From a virus: DNA of 39,612 nucleotides. The notes under the pieces are model-generated. The model saw nothing but the letters and a program-made list of their open reading frames with translations. It did no database searches and had not been told where the DNA came from. This document shows positions 32,043 through 38,797 of this stretch, one piece after another. Numbering within the stretch: the first letter of the stretch is position 1; the number at the start of each line of letters is the position of its first letter. Location of the stretch: IMG/VR virus record IMGVR_UViG_3300021449_000180; one strand, written 5' to 3'. The translations under genes and the position numbers were made by a program.

Positions 32043-32684
32043 TCATGTCGTGACGATGGGGAACGACGCGTATTCCGTGATGTAAAGATTTTCGCCGTTG
32101 CCTTCGGATTTCGCCGCAGCGGCGACTTCGTTGAGGCGGTCGGGGACAGCGTTCAGCGTGACGGTTTCGTCAGCCAAACCTTGATGGAAGGTCGTTTCGT
32201 TCGCGCCAGGGTCGACGTCGATTACCAGGTAGCAGTATTGTCGCCCCCTGATGTCAGTTGCCGAGGCGGACGCCCGCGGATTCGCGGGGTCTTCACTTTC
32301 GACCCGGTATTCCATCGTCTGTAGGTCGAATCGAAGGCCTTCGTTCGCTCCGTCGATGTCAAAGAACGCCCCGATGGCGGTTTTATCATCTGTTGACATC
32401 GTCGAGTTGTTGTTTGTGGCGGTTTGAAAGCCGATGAAGATGCGCCAGGGTATGTTGTCGGCTTTATGGAACGTGATGTATTCAGTGTCGACAGCAGCGA
32501 TGTCGCCCGCCGTTCCTCCGCCCGATATAATCAGCCCTTCTTCAGTGACATTTGCCGACGCGTTCCCGGTTGCCCGGGTCGCCGCGAAGGGTGGCGTCTG
32601 GCGGAAGAACGACCCGCTGACGTGGCCGGGGCGTCCGCTGGCGAACAGTACGTCGTCGCGGTTTGCTTGTGGTGTCCATGACAT
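32043..32684 (-). CDS. Putative receptor-binding / tail accessory protein in a low-GC tract
   Basis: 213-aa ORF directly after the fibre gene. My hand counts give about 50-60% G+C per 60-nt line. Confidence 0.5.
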   Translation of the reverse strand: MSWTPQANRDDVLFASGRPGHVSGSFFRQTPPFAATRATGNASANVTEEGLIISGGGTAGDIAAVDTEYITFHKADNIPWRIFIGFQTATNNNSTMSTDDKTAIGAFFDIDGANEGLRFDLQTMEYRVESEDPANPRASASATDIRGRQYCYLVIDVDPGANETTFHQGLADETVTLNAVPDRLNEVAAAAKSEGNGENLYITEYASFPIVTT

Positions 32685-32688
32685 GGGT

Positions 32689-33888
32689 TTAGGCTACGTA
32701 GGTGTACCAGCGTCCTTCGTCTTCGACCCACGCGACGTCGGGTTCCCTGCTGTCGGCGTCTATCGGTAAGTTGCCCGCTGTTGCGTATGATGGTGGGTTC
32801 ATCCGGTCGCGTGTGTCCAGCCGCCCGCCGAACAGTATCCATTCGTCGATGTTTTTCCATTCGACGTCGACTATGTTCGACCCGGCGTTGATGTTCATCC
32901 GCTTTTCCAGGTTCGCGTTGGTCCCCAGCGGGGCGTTCCTGGTATAGACGCTGAAGTGATTGTGAGCCGGGTGGGCCGTGATGGCAGTGATGTATTCTTC
33001 GCTGTCGCTGTACCAGGTGATGTTCGCCCGTCCTTCACCCGTTGACTGACCGTCGTCCTGGTTCTGTAGGACGATGCCCTGGCCGCTGTCACTGCCGCGG
33101 AGGATCACCGGCGACGACCTGATGCGGTCCGGGAGCGTTCCGCCGTCGTCGGTGATCAGGACCTGGTCTTCGAATCCGTGCTGTCCGGTCCAGGTCGGGC
33201 TGATCGACTGGTCGATTTCCGTCTCCGTCACCGCGTCTGAATTTATCTTCGGGGACGTGACCGCGCCAGTTGCGATTTCTGTTGAACTGACCGCGTCCGC
33301 CTGGATGGCCGCGGTGTCGACGGTGGTGTCCGCGACGCGGGCGTTCGGTGGGTCCAACAGCGGCGCTCCGCTTTCGTTCTGGACGTATTCGACCACGCGG
33401 AGATTCATCAGCGCCTGCGCCCACCCGGTTCGCAGGTCGTTGATGTCTTCGGCCTGGATCGTCGCCGCGCCGGCAGCAACCCAGACTTCAGCTAGGACGA
33501 CCGGCGTGTTCGCCAGCCCGGTCCCGTCCGGCGGCGACGGTTGAAAGGTGTCGAACCGGGTGGCGGTGTCCTGGATGTCGGGGATCGGGTTCGGCGTCCC
33601 GGTGACGTCCGTGACGTTCCCGCTCCCGGTGTAGACGATCAGGTCCTTCCGGGGGTCGTTCGGGTCCGCTGCTGCCAGCGACAGGCTGGTCTGTTCCGGG
33701 ATGTCCTCTTTGTTCCCGTTGTGCAGGCAGGTCCCGGACGAGACGTCGACCGACAGCCCGCCGTCGGACCCGGGTGTCACCTCCCCGCCGGTTTTCACGT
33801 GGTAGCCGTAGTCCCGCCAGACGTCGATGTTGTGGTAGATGGCGTGGTAGGCTTGCCCGATCTGGGTGACGTTGTCGTCCTGAACCAT
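32689..33888 (-). CDS. Tail fibre protein
   Basis: 399 aa. TAAIQADAVSSTEIATGAVTSPKINSDAVTETEIDQ is the I.d.AVt..kI repeat common in phage fibres. It has its own late element upstream. Confidence 0.6.
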   Translation of the reverse strand: MVQDDNVTQIGQAYHAIYHNIDVWRDYGYHVKTGGEVTPGSDGGLSVDVSSGTCLHNGNKEDIPEQTSLSLAAADPNDPRKDLIVYTGSGNVTDVTGTPNPIPDIQDTATRFDTFQPSPPDGTGLANTPVVLAEVWVAAGAATIQAEDINDLRTGWAQALMNLRVVEYVQNESGAPLLDPPNARVADTTVDTAAIQADAVSSTEIATGAVTSPKINSDAVTETEIDQSISPTWTGQHGFEDQVLITDDGGTLPDRIRSSPVILRGSDSGQGIVLQNQDDGQSTGEGRANITWYSDSEEYITAITAHPAHNHFSVYTRNAPLGTNANLEKRMNINAGSNIVDVEWKNIDEWILFGGRLDTRDRMNPPSYATAGNLPIDADSREPDVAWVEDEGRWYTYVA

Positions 33889-33922
33889 GCCAGCGTCTAC
33901 TCCGTCGTTCCCCAGCGTCGCC

Positions 33923-33958
33923 CTTAATCAGCCGTGACGCCGTGGCCCCGGGGTCGTC
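33923..33958 (-). promoter_or_regulatory. Late-gene element copy (GACGACCCCGGGGCCACGGCGTCACGGCTGATTAAG on the coding strand)
   Basis: Exact core at 33933-33945. The TTAAG box is 39 nt before the ATG at 33888. Confidence 0.6.
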
Positions 33959-34038
33959 ACCGCAGTTGGAACGCCGAATCAGTCGGGGCGACCCGTCGCC
34001 GCCAACTAAATAGCCCGCAGGCGGCGGCACGGACCGGG

Positions 34039-34650
34039 TTATAGGTCCGATCCCAGACCGTCTTTGAGGTTCCGGCGGGACCCATACTGGTCGCCGCGGG
34101 CCAGGACGGTAAACCGGATGCCCAGCCGGGCCATGTCCTGGACGTACCGGGTTTTATCGTCGACGTCGTCCAGCACGACCCACAGGCCGTCCGTTGCGTC
34201 GACTTCCCGGCCCGGTTCCAGTTTCACGATGATGCTGTCGACGCTGGCGTCGCCCGGTGTGTGTTCGCTGATCCGGGGCGTCCCGTCGATGGCTTCAGTG
34301 ATCACGTAGCGCCCCGCCCAGCGGGTGTATTCCCGAACCGCTTTGTACCGGTCGACCTGCGTCCCGAAGCCCTGCATCGACCCGACCGTCCCACCGGTCG
34401 CCTGCGTATCCCCGTCCGCGTCGGTATAGGAGCCGCCCAGGGTGAAGCCCGCTGGGCCGCCCAGCGTGCCGCCGGTGACGTGCGTGATGGCGGTTGTGTC
34501 CTGGGTGTTCCTGAAGAAGACCAGGTCGACGCTGTAGGTCTTCCCGATGCGGTACTCCGGCATATCGGCGTCGACCCGGTCGACCAGGATGCCACCGCCG
34601 CTTCGATCCGGGTCGAACGTCCATTCACGTCCGCTGATGCCTACTATCAT
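34039..34650 (-). CDS. Putative distal tail protein (Dit position)
   Basis: 203 aa, immediately after the tape measure gene. It contains TLGGPAGFTLGGSY, shared with the 93-aa gene. Confidence 0.5.
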   Translation of the reverse strand: MIVGISGREWTFDPDRSGGGILVDRVDADMPEYRIGKTYSVDLVFFRNTQDTTAITHVTGGTLGGPAGFTLGGSYTDADGDTQATGGTVGSMQGFGTQVDRYKAVREYTRWAGRYVITEAIDGTPRISEHTPGDASVDSIIVKLEPGREVDATDGLWVVLDDVDDKTRYVQDMARLGIRFTVLARGDQYGSRRNLKDGLGSDL

Positions 34651-34653
34651 GGG

Positions 34654-37062
34654 TTATCGGGTTTCCTGTCGCCGCGTCCGACGGGTGTTCTGTCGGTCCT
34701 GTCGGTCCTGGTTCTGTTCGACAGCGTCTTCGATGAACCGCGCCAGCGGGTTGTCGCCCTGGACGTCCAGCACCGCGCGGACGGCCTGTTCGTTCTGCTG
34801 TTGCTGTTGTTCCCGGTTGATCGACCGGCGTTCGGCGTCCAGCCCGGTGTCGACGTCGACGTCGTCCAGCGTCCCGACGTTGACGCCGTCCACACCCGGG
34901 ATTTCGCTTACTTTCGCAGCGACATCGTCCAGCGTCGACAGGAACGCGTTGATCGCGTCGACCGCGCTATTGATGAAGCCTTCCAGGGCGTTCTCCATCA
35001 CGCTGATCGCGCCGTTCCAGACGCTCAGCAGGACGTTGTAGACGGTGTCACCCCAGACCTGTATCTGCGTCAGCATCGTTGCCAGCGCCCCGACCAGGAA
35101 GTCTATCATCGCGGTGAAGGCGTCCTGGAACAACCCGCCGATACCGGTCAGGATGCCGGCGAACGCCTGCACTAACTGCGGTCCCCAACCGCCGACGATC
35201 CCCAGGATGCGGTTAATGTACCGGTCGACGAACCCGGCGATGGCGTCCCAGGCTTCACCCCAGTCGCCCTGTAGAATGTTCAGGAAGACCAGGACGGTCG
35301 TGATGATGGCGTCCAGCGCCGTCCCGATGACGGCGATGATGATGTCGAAGGCGAACCTGACGACCGCCATGATGGTTTCACCGTGCGCCTCCCAGAACGC
35401 CGCTAACGCCAGTAGGGTGGGCCGGACGATGGACATGATCGCGTCAATGGTTTCACGCGTTTCGCGGACTATATCATCGAAATTGGCCGCCCAGACCCGC
35501 GCCAGTTCGTTGATTAATGGGGCGGTGAAGTTCAGTAAGACGAACCTGATGACTGGCAGAACGACGTTTCGAAGGATGTCAACGACCGATTCCATCGCCT
35601 CTATCACCGTCACCGCGAACGCCGCGAAGTCCTCCACCGACAGCGCGCCGCTGATGGCGTCACCGGCGGGCTGTATCGCGGAAAGGAAGTCTTCCACGAC
35701 ACTGATGACGGCCTGCACCCCCTGCACGATGCTGTCCACAAGCCCGGACACGGCGTCGCCGCCGCCCAGTTCCTGGAACGCGACGCTGAAATCCCTGATG
35801 AACGACGTCACCGCGTCGATGACCGGCGACAAAGAATCGACCAGGTTGCGGAACGTGTCCATCAGGCCGCCCAGGGCTTCGTTCGTGGCCTCTTGGATGC
35901 CCATAAAGTTCGCCCGGTACGCCGCCGCGAACGCCGCCACGGCGGCCACGGCCACCCCTATCGGTCCGGTCAATGTGGCGACTGCGGACGCGACGCTGAA
36001 GATGGCCGGCGCAGTAATCGCCGCCGCGACCGCCAACCGCCGCAGGCCGTCGTCCAGCGACAGGACGAATTCGGCGACGCCGTCGATGATGTCCGCCAGG
36101 TTAGCGATGGCTGGGAGGACGATGGTCGCCGCGACGATCCCCAGTTCGTGCAGCGTCGGGAGTAAGTCCGCGAACGACCCAGCGATGGCCATCAGCGGGT
36201 CGGTCAGTCGTTCAGTTGCCCGCGTCATCGCGTCCCAGATGCCGGGGCCGTTCTGCATCAGCCACTCCATTACGTCGATCAACTTTGGGAGGGCGATTTC
36301 TGCCAGGTCAAACAGGAACCCGGTCAGCATTGGGATGGCTTCGGCGGCGGTCCCGCCCAGCTCCCGGATCGTTTCAGCGAACTGGTCCAGCGGCCCCAGG
36401 CTGTCGACGATGGCCTGGACCAGTTCCGGCAGGGCGCGGACAGCATCGACCAGCAGCGGACCGAACACGTCCCCCAGCGGTTCGATGATCTCCATGATTT
36501 CACCGCGGACGTCCTGGAACGCGGCTTTTAGTTCATCCATGTGCGTGACGACACCGACCGCGGTCAACCCGCCCAGGACGCCCGCCAGCCCGACCGCTGC
36601 CGCCGCGACGACGCCCAGGACTGACGCCAGCGGCAGCAGGATCGTCGACAGCGTCAGCAGACTGGGGATCAGCGACAATACCGCGACGGTCGATAAAGAG
36701 GACATAGCGACCGACAGGCCGCCCGTCGACACGGTCAGGCGGCTGAACAGCCCGGACGTGACGGCGGCGCTACGCCCGGCATCGTCCAGTTCGTCCGCCG
36801 CTTCATCAGCGCGGCTTTGAACCACCTGCATCGCCGCCGCCAGTGTCTCTGCGTCGCCTGTCGTTCCTTCGATGGCGTCGCCGGCGACCGCCGCTGACGT
36901 CGTCGTGTCGTCCAGTTCGTCCCCGACTTCATCCATCGCCGACTGCGCCGGTTGGGCTGACCGGGACAGGTCCCCCAGTTCGTCCCCGACGTCATCGACG
37001 GCCTGCTGGGCCGCCTCCGTGAACGCGTCGATCAGTATCTCTACTTTGGCGCTTTCCGGCAT
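34654..37062 (-). CDS. Tape measure protein
   Basis: 802 aa, alpha-helical and Ala/Leu/Val-rich with long hydrophobic runs (VAMSSLSTVAVLSLIPSLLTLSTILLPLASVLGVVAAAAVGLAGVLGG). It is preceded by two small overlapping genes. Confidence 0.85.
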   Translation of the reverse strand: MPESAKVEILIDAFTEAAQQAVDDVGDELGDLSRSAQPAQSAMDEVGDELDDTTTSAAVAGDAIEGTTGDAETLAAAMQVVQSRADEAADELDDAGRSAAVTSGLFSRLTVSTGGLSVAMSSLSTVAVLSLIPSLLTLSTILLPLASVLGVVAAAAVGLAGVLGGLTAVGVVTHMDELKAAFQDVRGEIMEIIEPLGDVFGPLLVDAVRALPELVQAIVDSLGPLDQFAETIRELGGTAAEAIPMLTGFLFDLAEIALPKLIDVMEWLMQNGPGIWDAMTRATERLTDPLMAIAGSFADLLPTLHELGIVAATIVLPAIANLADIIDGVAEFVLSLDDGLRRLAVAAAITAPAIFSVASAVATLTGPIGVAVAAVAAFAAAYRANFMGIQEATNEALGGLMDTFRNLVDSLSPVIDAVTSFIRDFSVAFQELGGGDAVSGLVDSIVQGVQAVISVVEDFLSAIQPAGDAISGALSVEDFAAFAVTVIEAMESVVDILRNVVLPVIRFVLLNFTAPLINELARVWAANFDDIVRETRETIDAIMSIVRPTLLALAAFWEAHGETIMAVVRFAFDIIIAVIGTALDAIITTVLVFLNILQGDWGEAWDAIAGFVDRYINRILGIVGGWGPQLVQAFAGILTGIGGLFQDAFTAMIDFLVGALATMLTQIQVWGDTVYNVLLSVWNGAISVMENALEGFINSAVDAINAFLSTLDDVAAKVSEIPGVDGVNVGTLDDVDVDTGLDAERRSINREQQQQQNEQAVRAVLDVQGDNPLARFIEDAVEQNQDRQDRQNTRRTRRQETR

Positions 37063-37416
37063 TTATCGACCACCTGAACGTGGCTGCGACCCGTCGCCCC
37101 CATCATCGGCGTCCTGTAGGGCGTCCAGTTGGTCGTTCAGGCTGGGCTGGCCGTCCTGCTGTTCGCGCTGATCGGCGCGGGCGTCCTGCTGTTCAGCCAG
37201 GTCCTGTCGTTCACCGTCTGTCGCCGCACCGGCGGACCCGGACTGCTGCGCGTGCCGTCGCTTATCGGCTTCCCAGGACGCCCCTGCCGCCCGTATCTGG
37301 GCGTTCATCCAGAAGTCCCAGGCCGGTCGTCGCATGATGTCGGTCGGAAGCATCCCGTAGTCCTGTCCCATCAGGTGCGCCGCGATGGCGATGTCGTTAC
37401 CCGCGAAACTTTTCAT
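37063..37416 (-). CDS. Tail assembly chaperone-like protein (second of an overlapping pair)
   Basis: 117 aa. It abuts the tape measure start and overlaps the upstream 142-aa gene by 20 nt in the +1 frame. Confidence 0.5.
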   Translation of the reverse strand: MKSFAGNDIAIAAHLMGQDYGMLPTDIMRRPAWDFWMNAQIRAAGASWEADKRRHAQQSGSAGAATDGERQDLAEQQDARADQREQQDGQPSLNDQLDALQDADDGGDGSQPRSGGR

Positions 37417-37825
37417 CAGCCGCCTGTTCCAGTTCGTCCTGGTCCTGCCCGGTCATCCCGGTGATAACCAGCATCAGGTCGTTCGCCGTCAGGACGCCCA
37501 GGTCGAAATTGCCGTCGCCGGCGTCGCCCCAGTACGCGTTCGGGCGTAGGATGTTCGGGATGACGACGTCTTCGATGAAGCCGTTCAGGTCGCCGTCCCG
37601 GACGACCTGTTCCATGTCGACGTCGTCGTCCTGGCCGCCCATCATGTCCATCACGCCGTAGCTGTCCATGTCGCGGAGTAGGGACAGCGGCGGGACTTCC
37701 CGGACTTCCATGTCGCCGTCGCCGTCGTCCAGTTCGACCCAGCGGGTTTCGTGAACCTGCTGTTCGTAGTCGTCCTGTTCGACGACCCGCCGGTCCCCCG
37801 GGTCGGTGGTTGGTTCCGTCGCCAT
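37397..37825 (-). CDS. Tail assembly chaperone-like protein (first of the pair)
   Basis: 142-aa very acidic ORF in the position of lambda gpG, with a late element upstream. Confidence 0.5.
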   Translation of the reverse strand: MATEPTTDPGDRRVVEQDDYEQQVHETRWVELDDGDGDMEVREVPPLSLLRDMDSYGVMDMMGGQDDDVDMEQVVRDGDLNGFIEDVVIPNILRPNAYWGDAGDGNFDLGVLTANDLMLVITGMTGQDQDELEQAADEKFRG

Positions 37826-37849
37826 ACGTCTGCGTCCGTCAGCGTCGTT

Positions 37850-37885
37850 CTTAGTCGGGCGTGACGCCGTGGCCCCGGGGTCGTC
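37850..37885 (-). promoter_or_regulatory. Late-gene element copy (GACGACCCCGGGGCCACGGCGTCACGCCCGACTAAG on the coding strand)
   Basis: Exact core at 37860-37872. The CTAAG box is 29 nt before the ATG at 37825. It starts 2 nt after the stop at 37888. Confidence 0.65.
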
Positions 37886-37887
37886 GG

Positions 37888-38526
37888 TCAGTCTTCCCGG
37901 TCAGCCGAGTCCAGGCGGTCGAACGCTGCATCGGCGTCGTCGTGACGCTGTTCGTCGGCCTGTTGCTGGGCTTCGTCCAGGCGGTCAGCCCAGACCAGCG
38001 TCTTTCCGTGGATCGGGTGTCGTTCGGCGTCCAGTTCGTCAACCAGCAGGTCGACGTAATCGTCAACGGTGCGGTCCTGGAACCCGTATTCGTCCCTGAT
38101 CAGGTCGCGGAGGTCCCCGGGGGCGATTTGGTCGCCGGGTATCTGGGCGGCCAGCCAGGCGACTTTCTGCGCCCGTGAGGCGTTTGCTGGCGGCTTCCCG
38201 TCCGGGTCCCCTGCCTGGACCGGGTCGGCGTCGCCGCTGCTGTCTGCGTCGGCGTGCGTGCGTGCATCGGCGTCAGGAACACGAAGGGCGGGGGTCCCGC
38301 CGTCGCCTTCGGCATCGGCCAGTATCGCCTTGATCGACGCGACATCATCTTCAATCCGTAGCAACCGGTCGTCCCCTTCGTAGTAGGATTCGCGGTAGTC
38401 CCGTAGTGCGTTTTCGATTTCTTTCCGTAGGTGGCCGCGGGTGCCGCCGTGGACGTTGCGGACAAACTGGACGAAGCGGTCGTATTCGTCTGCGTCGATG
38501 GGAGTGGGTTGTTTCCGGTCAGACAT
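37888..38526 (-). CDS. Putative ribbon-helix-helix DNA-binding regulator
   Basis: 212 aa. The N-terminus PTPIDADEYDRFVQFVRNVHGGTRGHLRKEIENALRDYRES fits a strand-helix-loop-helix (CopG/Arc-like) layout. It has its own AT-rich promoter with repeats and interrupts the tail module. Confidence 0.45.
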   Translation of the reverse strand: MSDRKQPTPIDADEYDRFVQFVRNVHGGTRGHLRKEIENALRDYRESYYEGDDRLLRIEDDVASIKAILADAEGDGGTPALRVPDADARTHADADSSGDADPVQAGDPDGKPPANASRAQKVAWLAAQIPGDQIAPGDLRDLIRDEYGFQDRTVDDYVDLLVDELDAERHPIHGKTLVWADRLDEAQQQADEQRHDDADAAFDRLDSADRED

Positions 38527-38545
38527 CGCCGTCCCTCCGTTGAAG

Positions 38546-38586
38546 CTAATTACAAATAAAGCTCCCTATAGCAAACTAATTACAAA
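38546..38586. repeat. Two perfect 11-nt direct repeats CTAATTACAAA, 30 nt apart
   Basis: Copies at 38546-38556 and 38576-38586 in the AT-rich island upstream of 38526. Confidence 0.85.
38553..38560 (-). promoter_or_regulatory. Canonical archaeal TATA box (TTTATTTG on the coding strand), 27-34 nt before the ATG at 38526
   Basis: It is the only strongly A/T-rich box of this kind in the window, and it overlaps direct repeat 1. Confidence 0.55.
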
Positions 38587-38636
38587 CTTACGTCTGTCGT
38601 GCGAACGAACAGAACCCTTGTTAATAATTAGTTTGT
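38572..38636. repeat. Perfect 11-nt inverted repeat CAAACTAATTA ... TAATTAGTTTG
   Basis: Arms at 38572-38582 and 38626-38636 with a 43-nt spacer. The left arm overlaps direct repeat 2. Confidence 0.85.
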
Positions 38637-38642
38637 ACGTAC

Positions 38643-38657
38643 AGTAGTAGTAGTAGT
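38643..38657. repeat. Trinucleotide microsatellite (AGT)5
   Basis: agtagtagtagtagt read directly at the edge of the AT-rich island. Confidence 0.9.
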
Positions 38658-38717
38658 AACAAGAAACCGCCCCAGCGGGAGAGCATTGGACAACCGCCAC
38701 CACGCCGTGGTGCGGTT
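38658..38717 (-). terminator. Candidate terminator after the tail tube gene: GC hairpin plus T-rich tract
   Basis: Imperfect hairpin at 38692-38717 (aaccgccaccacg / cgtggtgcggtt). On the coding strand it is followed by GGTTTCTTGTT (38658-38668). Confidence 0.35.
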
Positions 38718-38797
38718 CCGGGACTGGGGGCGTCCCGTCCCGGACACCGTCGCCGCCCTCCTGCACGCACGCACGCCGACACCGACAGCGCCGGCGA

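Noticed and set aside
35045-36820. Very long plus-strand ORFs: 591 aa opposite the tape measure, 358 aa at 3321-4397 opposite the capsid gene, 320 aa at 25835-26797 opposite PCNA, and many others
   Set aside because: Their products are Ser/Thr/Ala/Arg/Pro-rich, low-complexity mirror frames of well-supported minus-strand genes. Stop-poor antisense frames are expected in GC-rich DNA. None has sensible start context or neighbour spacing.
38562-38571. CTATAGGGAG on the coding strand, identical to the initiation region of a T7-type promoter
   Set aside because: It is only 10 nt long, the upstream T7 specificity region is absent, and no single-subunit RNA polymerase gene is present. The adjacent TTTATTTG box is a better fit for an archaeal promoter.
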